Source: Octopus sinensis (lineage: Eukaryota). From it: 50,486 bases of DNA. The notes under the pieces were generated by a model. That model had not been told where the DNA came from. It ran no database searches and worked only from the letters and a program-made list of their open reading frames with translations. The position numbers were made by a program, and so were the translations under genes. Below, in pieces: positions 26,601 through 36,130 of the stretch. The DNA lies in assembly GCF_006345805.1 (NCBI RefSeq), contig NW_021834273.1:1-50486 (forward strand), read 5' to 3'. Every line of letters starts with the position of its first letter. The first letter of the stretch is position 1.

Positions 26601-29002
26601 CTTGACTCAACAGGTCTTCTCAAGCATATCATGTCACCCGATGCATTAAGGATACTCTTAAATGGGCCGGACATGCAACACTGGCATCGGCCATGGCTGC
26701 GATCTCACTTTAGTTGCTGGGTCTTCTCAATCACAGCATATTTCCAAAGGTCTCGGTCTCCTGCCATTGCCTCTGTGAGGCCCAATGTTCAAAGGCCATG
26801 CTTCACCATCTCATTCCATGTCTTCCTGGGTCTACCTCTTCCACAGCTTCGTTCTACAGTTAGGGAGTGGCACTTCCTCACACAGTTGTCCTCATCCATA
26901 CGTAACACGTGACCATACCAGCATAGTCGTCTCTCTTGCACACCACATTTGATGCTTCTCATGTCCAACTTTCCTCTCAGGGTGTTTACACTGTGTCGTG
27001 TATGCACACAGACATTCCACATCCAGCGGATCATACTACCTTCATTTCTGTCAAGCCTACGCATGTCCTCAGCAGTCATGGCCCATGTTTCACTGCCATG
27101 TAGCATGGCAGTTCACACTCAGAAATGATTTATCTAATTTAAGAAAGGACATCATCTACAACATTGCCAGCTTGCTATACCTCTGGGTGTCATACAAAAT
27201 ATACCAGTCATATACTGGGATAAAATGAATCCACTAACACCAGGTCCATTATCATCATCACCTTACATCCATTTTTCTAAGTTTGTAATGGTCAGACGAC
27301 TTCTCCCAGAGTTGTTGTGGTCCTTTGTCCAGTTTGATCGCTTGTTTCTTTCCACTTGAATTCCAGGCACTTCTTTACCCAGATTTCATCTGCCATGTCC
27401 CTTCTATATCTATACCATTAACTTTTTTCTTGTACACTATCACAGATTCTTCTGAGATCCAGTTATTTGGCTCCAAGATTTCAACACATTAACATTACAC
27501 TTCTAGAGATGTCTGCTCACCTCATTCCTGGCAGTTTCCATTGTATCTTTCACATTCTATGTAACATTGCATGAGGTGTATTTGTAAAGTGCAATCTCTC
27601 CCTCATATGGAGACAGAATCCCTTAGTTGCCAGTAGACATAACAACTCCCTGTACATTTTTCATCTCATTTTCCTTCTAACTACTGTGCTTTCAGAATAG
27701 TTTCCTCTACTTCTAATTCTGTCCTTTAGGTAACAGAAACTATCAACTATGTCTTTCATACTTGTTCCTATGAACTATTCCTGTACACATACAAAGTCCT
27801 TCCTCAGCCCTAACCTTAACCTGCCTCCTTGTAAACTTGCTTGTTTGTGAATGCAGTGATTCTATCAGGACCCAAGTGTTGTAGGTGTATGGTGTAGATG
27901 TTGGTAAAACTCTTCTCATTGCTTTATTTACTCTAGGGCCTCTCCTGTATTAGATTCTTTGAAATTGTGGCCTTGATCCAGTGAAAGAAGTTCTTGTTAT
28001 AAGTCATGAATCCAAAAACCTTAAGCCAGCGCCCTCTATAATATGTGATATTTACCTAACAGTATTATATTTTTACTTTGGGGTGGTTGAAATCATTCAG
28101 GTACACAATACCCACTTTTGAGATATTTCTGAATGTTGATAATTTTTAAATATTTATTAATCATAGGTGGAAAGACATCGCAAATGACTATTTCAGGCAT
28201 TGATCACAGGACGTTATCAAACGACTGAGATTGTATTCCTCCAAAGAGTCTCTGGAGTAACGTTACTCAACAAGGTGTGCAGGCTGGAGATTTGGGGCCT
28301 CTCCAGGTCAAGTGACTGCTTCTCTGCATTGAGAATTCACAGCTCCAGTACTCCTGGCATGTGATTAAAATGTCACAGGAAAGAACCACAAGAGGGATGA
28401 AGGAGGTGCCTGAAGACTCTTCCCCTACAACTCTCCTATGAATAGAGGGCAGAGAAAATGGACGGATGGATGAAATTATCTGTTGGTGGTCTTTGTTAAT
28501 TCTTTAGGCTCTCATACACTGCTACCCACACAAACACTTCTCCTGCCAGTTGTTCACCAGACATTTTCTCATGTGTAATTTTCAATTCTTTAAAATATTA
28601 TTCTCCTTCTCCAGCCTTTATTTCAACTTGTTTGATATTTTTGTCAACATCTTTAGAAATAGATGACAATGTCTTCTAATTTCCCTGTTTCTTAAGTATT
28701 TCTCATTCTTCTATTCACATAATTTCTTTGTCCTAATTAATACAGGTTTTATATTATCGTTAATGTTGTTGCAATTATTTCTTATTTCTTTTGCAGGAAG
28801 GGAATTAGGAATTCGACAAAATGACCTGGAAATCATCAGGCATGACTATCCTCAAAGCGTTAGGGAACAAGGCTTCCAGATGCTGTTCAAATGGCATCAA
28901 AGTACTGATCCAGAGAAACGTACACCTCGAATATTAAAAGCAGCTCTTAAGGAAACTGAATGTTATGATGCACTCAAATGTTTATCATCAGAATTCAATT
29001 GA
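872..29002 (+). CDS. Spliced gene, 5'-partial: ankyrin repeat + RING-like + CxxC micro-exons + death domain protein (Mind bomb-like ANK-RING module). join(872..1028,1612..1868,7357..7393,10441..10653,16025..16203,20935..21056,22316..22366,22482..22517,22633..22683,22799..22849,25171..25242,28797..29002)
   Basis: All introns are GT-AG and phases chain 2-0-2-0-0-2-1-1-1-1-1-1. 1431 nt after the first base read without a stop to TGA at 29000-29002. Ankyrin repeats are rejoined correctly across the junctions. Confidence 0.85.
1612..1868 (+). CDS. Exon B, ankyrin repeats ([16 protein letters not shown]...[11 protein letters not shown])
   Basis: Acceptor tttttag, donor AA|gtaagt, phase 0 continues exon A. 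Confidence 0.92.
2690..4092 (-). mobile_element. 5'-truncated RTE-clade LINE; uninterrupted 440-aa RT C-terminal ORF 2762..4084
   Basis: [34 protein letters not shown]-terminal C2H2-like motif, and a gatgccaacaaca-type 3' end. Confidence 0.92.
4325..5340 (+). repeat. ~1-kb AT-rich non-coding dispersed repeat, copy 1 (Penelope pLTR- or retrozyme-like), containing a hammerhead motif
   Basis: Aligns by eye to the reverse complement of ~35130-36130. Boundaries are approximate. Confidence 0.6.
5005..5131 (+). ncRNA. Minimal type-I hammerhead ribozyme motif, copy 1 (intact core)
   Basis: ATCT-CTGAAGA-AGCC-[92 nt hairpin]-GGCT-GAAAC-AGCT-GTA-AGAT; stems I, II and III can all form. Confidence 0.7.
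5531..5860 (-). mobile_element. tRNA-derived SINE, young copy
   Basis: Minus strand has A box TGGCTCAGTGG, B box GCTCGAATCC and a CORE-like gtgttcttgagcaaggcacttta segment. Near-identical to 49931-50254. Confidence 0.9.
5861..7260. repeat. Compound (TA)n/(TATG)n microsatellite with an embedded ~40-nt RTE 3' tail (7075-7112)
   Basis: Direct inspection. Confidence 0.95.
7357..7393 (+). CDS. Exon C, 37-nt micro-exon ((K)[12 protein letters not shown])
   Basis: Acceptor tttctataactttcag, donor CAG|gttagt. It supplies the missing second helix of the [11 protein letters not shown] repeat and converts phase 2 to phase 0, as required. Confidence 0.85.
8211..8341. mobile_element. 131-bp MITE, Tc1/mariner-type
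   Basis: Perfect 19-bp TIR CCTCAAGGACATGTATTAC / GTAATACATGTCCTTGAGG, flanked by TA on both sides. Confidence 0.8.
8690..9740 (+). mobile_element. Decayed RTE LINE fragment (AP endonuclease and linker)
   Basis: YFYDTLL...[14 protein letters not shown]...GFG remnants with stops and frameshifts. Confidence 0.75.
10441..10653 (+). CDS. Exon D, ankyrin repeats ([19 protein letters not shown]...NNCLHLS...ILDK)
   Basis: Acceptor ttccacaaag, donor AAG|gtaagt, TPL and GANMN motifs. Confidence 0.9.
10934..10954 (-). promoter_or_regulatory. Polypurine tract of the LTR element
   Basis: Minus-strand A-run + GGAAGA abutting the 3' LTR. Confidence 0.85.
10969..11868 (-). pseudogene. Gypsy RT connection/RNase H fused in frame to the integrase C-terminal tail
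   Basis: [10 protein letters not shown]...YCPIESEAL...FRIKSD joined directly to [13 protein letters not shown]...[13 protein letters not shown]. Confidence 0.85.
12020..13162 (-). pseudogene. Gypsy aspartic protease + reverse transcriptase (frameshifted at both ends)
   Basis: [49 protein letters not shown]. Confidence 0.92.
13102..13935 (-). CDS. Gypsy Gag with C-terminal zinc knuckles
   Basis: CHYCGYNH...CPA...[14 protein letters not shown]; begins 79 nt after the 5' LTR. Confidence 0.9.
   Translation of the reverse strand: MENLPHPKDLDFNQENLAAAWKKWKKEFNLFLIATESDMKPDKVKTSMFLTCIGSKGRDIHSTLDFDSPDEEMNLQTVIEKFDAYCEPRKNITFLRHKFFTCGQAEHQKFDEYELCQKAQQCEFGNLTDSLTKDILICGIRDMRLRERLLREPNLDLQKTIQAGQSAEQTRLQSRMLNATSETRDNEISRVYSQHDRKGAKTQITCHMQSRHQNEQGGSDRKPAKFQAPSQHYVTNCHYCGYNHKRNKCPAFHKTCEKCKKQGHYAKMCKSRKLYIK
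14004..14014 (-). promoter_or_regulatory. Primer binding site, TGGTGTCAGAA (tRNA-Leu type)
   Basis: Immediately inside the 5' LTR; complementary to the ...TTCTGACACCA 3' end that I recall for tRNA-Leu(CAA). Confidence 0.8.
14253..14400 (+). mobile_element. RTE-family 3' tail; the Gypsy element inserted at its 5' edge
   Basis: gttggcattagaaagggcatcc...catggaaaatggacattaaatgatgatg, shared with other copies in the window. Confidence 0.8.
16025..16203 (+). CDS. Exon E, last ankyrin repeats (CCAKLG...[22 protein letters not shown]...FPPP)
   Basis: Acceptor gtcatttgtag, donor CA|gtaagt. Not in the ORF track. Phase 0 to 2 bridges exons D and F exactly. Confidence 0.88.
16655..16905 (-). mobile_element. 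RTE-family 3' tail
   Basis: catcatt...aacgtccgtttccat...ctggatgtccttcc, reverse complement of the shared tail. Confidence 0.75.
18540..20250 (-). mobile_element. Old decayed CR1/L2-type LINE fragment
   Basis: NNTFDLLFT...LGDSDH (APE end), PVQKG...[13 protein letters not shown]...IHFG remnants. Confidence 0.75.
20680..20820 (-). mobile_element. Decayed tRNA-derived SINE head
   Basis: Minus strand gcatggctaagttgttagg...ttcaattcctgg resembles the 5531 family. Confidence 0.55.
20935..21056 (+). CDS. Exon F, RING-HC-like finger (CMLC...PCAH...CEDC...CIES)
   Basis: Acceptor ttttttccacag, donor G|gtaaga, C3HC4 spacing with the final ligand as Ser. Confidence 0.88.
22316..22366 (+). CDS. Micro-exon G1, 51 nt ([17 protein letters not shown])
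   Basis: ttatttcag|...G|gtgagt, phase 1-1, open frame. Confidence 0.75.
22482..22517 (+). CDS. Micro-exon G2, 36 nt ([12 protein letters not shown])
   Basis: Same splice sites as G1, with an in-frame 15-nt deletion. Confidence 0.7.
22633..22683 (+). CDS. Micro-exon G3, 51 nt ([17 protein letters not shown])
   Basis: Same splice sites, phase 1-1, open frame. Confidence 0.7.
22799..22849 (+). CDS. Micro-exon G4, 51 nt ([17 protein letters not shown])
   Basis: Same splice sites, phase 1-1, open frame. Confidence 0.7.
24020..24420 (+). mobile_element. Decayed non-LTR RT fragment
   Basis: MDDIKML...CILTFVKG resembles RT motifs; the clade is uncertain. Confidence 0.45.
25171..25242 (+). CDS. 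Exon H, death domain N-terminal part ([24 protein letters not shown])
   Basis: tttatttcag|...G|gtgagt. It joins exon I to give the death-domain hallmark L.gkW.eLGReLG. Confidence 0.85.
26238..27118 (-). mobile_element. RTE LINE 3' fragment (RT end + 3' UTR)
   Basis: [11 protein letters not shown]...RLCWYGHV...GRPRKTW plus the shared (GAT)n tail. Confidence 0.9.
28797..29002 (+). CDS. Exon I, terminal coding exon, death domain ([14 protein letters not shown]...QMLFKW...[10 protein letters not shown])
   Basis: Long pyrimidine tract + gcag acceptor, death-domain pattern, TGA stop. Confidence 0.88.
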
Positions 29003-29180
29003 ATTTCTTTGTAAATTGTTGCTGTTGCTTAGTCGCAAGTCTGTCTTTACCACAGACCTATTATCAAATGCCTTCCATCCAGGACCATCATGTCTTTTTC
29101 CTAAGTATAGAGAACGTAGAACCACATTGTTTAATGTGTCCTTCTTTAAGGTGATAAGTTATGAATGGAGTAGGATTTGG

Positions 29181-30180
29181 GGATCTTTACCTTTTGACCG
29201 GCAGATTTAGAAAATAATTTTTTGGAACTAAACACTTTCAAACTTCGTATTCTGGTAGAATGTGTCGTATAAAACATCTTTTACTCTTAGCGTTTTTGAG
29301 AAAAGTTTATATTTACAAAGTTATTTCGTGTTAAATTTGTCGTATTTCGGTAATTTCAACCAATCAATGGCGTGTATTCATCTGAATAAAATTACTGCCG
29401 TTGTTTGTCAACAACAACTTCTGGCGGTGTATATTTCGTTTGTCACTGTTATTTATGACATATTTCATCTCAGTTATGTTTGTATAAAAAACGAGTCTAT
29501 CTGAAACATGTTTACTTCATGGCACCACCATAATCGTTCGTGCATTTCTACTGGTTTTAGTTATGTTTTTTCCTGTTTTTCAGCTATTATTTTTGGTAAG
29601 ACTTTTTTAACCCTAACCCTAACACCTTAGCCCTAACACTAAAACCCTAACCCTAACCCTAAAACCTTAGCCCTGACACTAAAACCCTTGTCCTAACACT
29701 AAAACCTTAACTCTAACACTAAAACCCTAACCCTAACCCTAAAACCTTAGCCCTGACACTAAAACCCTAGCCCTAACACTAAAACCTTAACTCTAACCCT
29801 AAAACCCTAACCCTAACACCTTAAAGCTAAAACCAGTACAAATGCACGAACGATGTCATAAATAACAACAACAAACGAAATATATACCACCAGTTGTTGT
29901 TGACAAACATCATCATCATCATCATCATCCTTTAACGTCCACTTTGCATGCTAGCATGGGTTAGCAGTAATTTTATTCAGCTGAATACACATCATTGATT
30001 GGTTGAAATTACTGAAATACGACAAATTTAACACGAAATAACTTTGTAAATATAAACTTTTCTCAAAAACGCTAAGAGTAAAAATGTTTTATATGACACA
30101 TTCTACCAGAATACGAAGTTTGAAAGTGTTTAGTTCCAAAAAATTATTTTCTAAATCTGCCGGTCAAAAGGTAAAGATCT
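29181..30180. mobile_element. 1-kb non-autonomous foldback DNA transposon with long TIRs and 8-bp TSD
   Basis: GATCTTTACCTTTTGACCGGCAG... arm (~29182-29575) inverted with ~29825-30179; GGATTTGG direct repeat at 29173-29180 and 30181-30188. Confidence 0.88.
29608..29822. repeat. Degenerate (CCCTAA)n telomere-like array forming the foldback spacer
   Basis: aaccctaaccctaa interspersed with ctaaaacc and ttagccct variants. Confidence 0.85.
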
Positions 30181-31261
30181 GGATTTGGTTACTAATTCTA
30201 GCAGATCTCTCTACCACCTGTAGACCCCTTTACTGGTTTGGTTCCCTCGTTGTTCGAGATTAACTGTGGAAATAAAGACAAACTTTGAAATTTCATTTGT
30301 TGTTGATGTTGTAAGTCCCAGCATCTCCCTAAACACTTCCATTGTTATATAGTTTAAATATCCTGTGGAATTTTTCAAAAAACAAAAGTTGTAAATTCCA
30401 TTTTGTGAAACTTACTTAAAATGCACATTTTGTTTTCAAGTAGAACCTCCTTGTGGACACAATTGTCAGTCAATATACAGTTTCTATTTCTCTCAGCCAA
30501 TATTTTTACATTAGCCTTCATCCAAAATCTAGAAAAGGAAACTTACAGCTGACCACGGGAGAAGAATTGCGTTGGAAGATATATTCTGCTTGGTTTAAAT
30601 GTCTGTCCTGTGCCTTGCTGCATGTCAAGGCAGAGACTGGTTCCACAGGAAATTGTTTATGTGGTAACTGTGAATGGGAACTCCAGTCATTGAGACCCAT
30701 GCGGAATCCTTGAGATTACCAGCATTGATCCTGCAGAAGGACCACAAGCAACCTCAGCCACAATAATAAGATTGTGCAAGCAGATAATAACGTAGCCTGT
30801 GTCATTGCAATGGCCTTGTTTAACATCTAAGTTCTTCGAAAACCTAATGCAGCCTCTTGTCTTTGAGGTGAGGATATGTCCATGGAAAACCTGATGGTAG
30901 GAGTTTGTTGATGAATTTGATTAGGTACAGAGCTTCGTTATCAACTCTATCTGAGCTTTCTGTATATCTTTACCTCGCCAGGGATCCTGGTCAACATGAA
31001 TTCATTCATAAATTGTGATATTTCATTTGTTGGAGTAATGGTCTATTTGCAAGCCACACGGGGTCTGTGAAGTTATTTGCAAGGTCAGCCTATACAAAAT
31101 CACTTGGAATTAAAGACAAAGTTTGTAAGTCAGGTTGATTTTGAATGCACCTAGACTTTGTTTGACAGAAATGTCACTATTTCCTACATCTCTCTTTCAT
31201 CAGAATGATCTTTTGTAAAAAGTCTTAGATTGGTTGTCAACTTCACCACTTGTACCAAATT

Positions 31262-31700
31262 CTCATATAATAATAATAATGAAATTATTGTATACAGTGC
31301 TCAGGTGCACCACAACTTGTCAGACAGTGCGTATAAAGTATATGCAGTAATGTACAAATATCTGGAAAGCGAATAATGTATGAGTCAGATACATGCTTGT
31401 GTGTGTATGGAGGGGAGAAAATCAGGTGTAGTGTTGGCAAATCTCAGAAAGCATGGAAGTTTTGAAGGATGCAGTGCTCCGACAACTAACAACTGATGCC
31501 GGCAGTTTGTTCCATGCTTCAGTAACTCTTAGCGTGAAAAAATGTTTCCTAAAGTCATGGGAGCTATGCTGTTTTCTGACTTAGCAAACATGTCCACAGG
31601 TGGAGTTTGAAAAGGTGCTCAGAGTTATTGTTTGTAAGATGGTTAATAATTTTAGGGGTGTCTGCCAAGTCAGCTGCCAGACGTCGGAGTTTCAATGTGT
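31262..31700 (-). mobile_element. CR1/L2-type LINE 3' end
   Basis: Minus strand FTLRVTEAWNKLPASVV...FK terminus and (TTA)n tail. Confidence 0.75.
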
Positions 31701-32074
31701 GTATTTGAATTTTTCTTGTTATATATCACATTTAAACACACATTTTTATTCTGATGTTTAATCTTATATCTCACATTCTGTATTTCTCATATACTTGATT
31801 TTACATGATTGATGTATATATACTAATTCATATTTATAATGTATAATTTATAAATTTTAATTCTTAATATTTCAAAGTATCATTTTTATTCTTAATTTTT
31901 AATCTTTAAAGCTTAATTGTATTGCGTATTTTTAAAGGGATGTAAAATTAGATATGTAATATTTTCAAATAGAACCTGAAGATGTGTTGGAATAATTGTA
32001 AATCTGACAATTACATATATGTATTTATATATGTATATATATGGGTATACAGTTGTGTATACGTATATTGCTGA

Positions 32075-33585
32075 AGACCCTGCTCTAATTGCTGAGTCAC
32101 TATCAGAACTGGAGGAGAAGTTTCAGGTGTGGAAACAAGGATTAGAATCGAAGGGGCCTTAGAATCAACCTAGCTAAAACTGAAGTCCTAATAAGTAGGA
32201 AGGTAGACAAATCACAAACGCCTTCAGGTAGATGGCCCTGCTCGATCTGTAGAAAAGGCGTAGGTAGAAACTCTATAAGATGCACCAAGTGTAAGCTATG
32301 GACACATAAGAGGTGCAGCAATGTCAAAGGAAGGCTAACTGGGAAGATAATTTTTGTATGTGGCAGATGCTCAGGAGTAATAAACACTGAAAATGCGCAG
32401 AGACCAACTTACGCCACATTCCAGGGAGAAAAACTAGAAGTAGTTGATAGCTTCCGTTACCTAGGTGACCAAGTCAGTAGCGGGGGGCGGGTGTGCTGAA
32501 AGTGTAGCTGCTAGAATAAGAATAACCTGGGCAAGGTTCAGAGAGCCTTACCTCTGCTGGCGATAAAGGGCCTCTCGCTCAGAGTAAAAGGCAGACTGTA
32601 TGACGCATGTGTACAAACAGCCATGCTACATGGTAGTGAAACTTGGGTCGTGACTGCTGAGGATATGCGTAAGCTCACAAGAAATGAAGCCAGTATGCTC
32701 CGATGGATGTGTAATGTCAGTGTGCATACTCAACAGAGTGTTAGTGCCCTGAGAGAAAAGTTGGACCTAAGAAGCATCAGATGTGGTGTGCAAGAGAGAT
32801 GTTTGCGCTGGTATGGTCATGTGTCAAGAATAGATGAAGATAGTTGTGTGAAAAAGTGCCACACCCTAGCAGTTGAGGGAACTTGTAAAAGAGGTAGACC
32901 CAGGAAGACCTGGGATGATGTGGTGAAGCACGACCTTCAAACATTGGGCCTCACTGAGGCAATTACTAATGACTGGGACCTCTGGAAATATGCTGTGCTG
33001 CGGAAGACTTGGCAAGCGCAAGTGTGACTATAACCTTGTGGCCTATGCTAGGGTGTAACCAGTCCAGTTATTTGTGCCTTTTCTTCATTGGACACTAAAC
33101 TCTGCTTGTGAAGACCAGTTGAGGCAAGTGAAATTGAAGTCGAAATAAACTCGGTGATTGGCATCCGTTGCTAGTGGAGTGCTAAGAGTACTATACGAGT
33201 GAGATCGTTGCCTGAGCAACAAGCTGGCCTTCGTGCCGATGGTAAGTTAAAAACACCATTCAAGTGTGATTGTCACCTGCGTCGCCTTACTGGCACTTGT
33301 GCTGGTGGCACATGAAAAAAACATTCGAGTGAGATCGTTGCCAGTGCCGCTGGACTGGCTCCTGTGCAGGTGGCACATAAAAAGCACCATGTGAGCATGG
33401 CCGTTGCCAGTACCACCAAACTGGCACATAAAAGCACCCACTACACTCTCGGAGTGGTTGGCGTTAGGAAAGGCATCTAGCTGTAGAAACTCTGCCAGAT
33501 CAGATTGGAGTCTGGTTCGCCAGACCTCAGTCAAATCGTCCAACCCATGCTAGCATGGAAAGCGGACGTTAAACGATGATGATAT
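32075..33585 (+). mobile_element. RTE LINE 3' fragment
   Basis: MLHGSETW...CLRWYGHV...GRPRKTW, 3' UTR tandem units, (GAT)n tail. Confidence 0.9.
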
Positions 33586-34034
33586 ATATATATATAATAA
33601 TAATATTAGGGAGTATAACTCCAAACTTACAGGGGAAAATTCAATTTAGTATTAAATCAAATTTTACAATATAAATATATAATATCTATAAATTAGAGAT
33701 AAAACCACTATTATGCAATTCAAACAATGATAGACATAAACCAAATCATAAATCAAAAATAAAATATATTTTTTTAAAACATATAACTAGATCATAAAAA
33801 GTATAAAAATGAATAATCGATATTATTACCAAGTCATGGGGATGTAAACATACTAACATTGGTTGTCAAGCAGTTGAGGGAGACAAGCATAGAAACACAC
33901 ACACACACACACATAGATATTGCTTCTCACTCTTATGGCTAAGATCAAGGTCTAATATCTACTCTTAGCAGTTTAATATATATATGTATGTATGTATATA
34001 TATATATGTATGTGTATATATATATATATATATT

Positions 34035-34741
34035 GCTTGCGAAGACCTGTTGGGGCAAGTGAAATCGAAATCAGAATCGAAATTGAACCAACCCTATGAC
34101 TGGCACCCGGCAGATGCCAGGACCCCTGGACTGGTGGTACGTAAAAAGCACTATCCGAATCGTGGCCGATGCCAGTGCTGCCTTGACTGGATCCTGTGCC
34201 GGTGGCATGTAAAATGCACCAATCCGACCGTGGCCATTGCCAGCCTCACCTGGCACCTGTGCCAGTGGCACATAAAAAGCACCCACTACACTCACAGAGT
34301 GGTTGGCGTTAGGAAGGGCATCCAGCTGTAGAAACACTGCCAGATAAGACTGGAGCCTGGTGCAACCTTCTGGCTTCCCAGATCCCCGGTCGAACCGTCC
34401 AACCCATGCTAGCATGGAGAACCGACGTCAAATGATGATGATGATGATATATATATATATATATCATCAGCCTCGTCTGGCACCTGTGTCGGTGGCACAT
34501 AAAAAACACCATCCGAGCGTGGCCGTTTGCCAGCCTCGTCTGGCACCTGTGTCGGTGGCACATAAAATCACCCACTACACTCTCGGAGTGGTTGGCGTTA
34601 GGAAGGGCATCCAGCTGTAGAAACACTGCCAGATCTGACTGGACTGGTGCAGCTTTTGGGCTCCCCAGACCCCAGTTGAACCGTCCAACCCATGCTAGCA
34701 TGGAAAGCGGACGTTAAATGATGATGATGATGATGATGATG
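34035..34741 (+). mobile_element. Two head-to-tail RTE 3' UTR/tail copies (~34035-34446 and ~34465-34741)
   Basis: Each ends in ggttggcgttaggaagggcatccagctgtag...catgctagcatgg...(GAT)n. Confidence 0.85.
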
Positions 34742-35129
34742 ATATATATATATATATATGTATGTATGTATGTGTGTATATATATATGCATATATATATG
34801 TATGTATATATATATATATATGTATGTATGTATGTGTGTATATATATATATATGCATATATATATGTATGTATATGTATGTATGTATGTGTATATATATA
34901 TATATATGCATATATATATATGTATGTATATATATTTATGTATATATATATATATACATACAAATTGAGATAGGGATTGTAAATGCAACCCTCCATGGGG
35001 TAACATATATCCAATATACTGCTAGTGAAGTACCCAACAAAGTTAATACATAAATGTTAAGAATTGCGATACAATTAATTCATTTATTGTATTATATGGG
35101 CAAAGGTAAAATGTTTTACCACAAATTAA

Positions 35130-36130
35130 TAATACAAAATAAGAAAATGGAGAAATACATCGAAATCAAATATCAATTACCAGATAATACTCAATCACAT
35201 ACTTTATTAAACCACCACATAAGAAACTATAAGGTTAAACATAATAATGTAGGGTAAAACAGTGTACATGAAGGAGTGTACATAAAATAGTAATGTTATA
35301 CAATAAGTAGAATACGTATAATAGAAAATAAATATAAGTACACATAAATATAAATATAGACTACATCTTACAGCTGTTTCGGCCATGTAGATAAGCATGT
35401 CTCATTAACTTATATTAGCCATTTATGGTAGGTCAATATGTAGTTATAAATGAGACATTTACAAAAATATCCTAAGGCCTCTTCGGAGATTACAAATTAG
35501 ATTACATTCATACTTATATAGGTGTGGGTACATGCCCATAATAAAACATATACATATACATATGAGTGCATATACTCATACTCCTATACATATAAATATA
35601 CATATACATAATGATATAAATAATATAAATTAATAAACATACATATGTTCCACATTCAATGTTACAGTTTTTCAACTTAATATTGTGATAATTACAATGT
35701 AGAAAAACATATACATATTAATACCTAAATGCAGATATAGAGAGTCAAGATTACATTCTATTAATTCTTATTAATTTCCAAAATGTCATTAATGTTAGCA
35801 TCATTAACATTGTCGTTACCACTAATGCTACCAATATCATCATTCACATTATTATTAATAACGCTAATACTAGAGAAACAATACATAGATTCCATTATTA
35901 GCAATATAGTCACAATAGTACTACAATACCATGCAAAGTGTTAGATATCTGCATATACATACGAAATATGAAGTACCAGCATTCCGTTTACACTACATTA
36001 AGATCCACAGGTGCACATATGTAAGTCCGAGTTCAAGTTTATAATTTTCCTTGTGACATAAATACACTATTATTTCAGAAATAATTACGGATCTAGCGCT
36101 AAATTATGATTGGCCTGTGGATTTGAATTT
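35130..36130 (-). repeat. ~1-kb non-coding hammerhead-bearing repeat, copy 2
   Basis: Homologous to 4325-5340. A ~160-bp part is repeated inverted at 37672-37835. Confidence 0.6.
35365..35490 (-). ncRNA. Minimal type-I hammerhead motif, copy 2 (core U4->C, predicted inactive)
   Basis: Minus strand ATCT-CCGAAGA-GGCC-[91 nt]-GGCC-GAAAC-AGCT-GTA-AGAT. Confidence 0.6.

Noticed and set aside
29608-29822. True telomere or chromosome fusion site
   Set aside because: Short, degenerate, single orientation and enclosed by TIRs and a TSD.
30453-30713. ORFs 30453..30713 and 30518..30700 as a downstream gene
   Set aside because: No recognisable motif or splice context; more likely old TE debris.
31976-32015. 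Third hammerhead (CTGAAGA followed by a small hairpin)
   Set aside because: No downstream GAAAC/NUH half before the microsatellite and RTE insertion.
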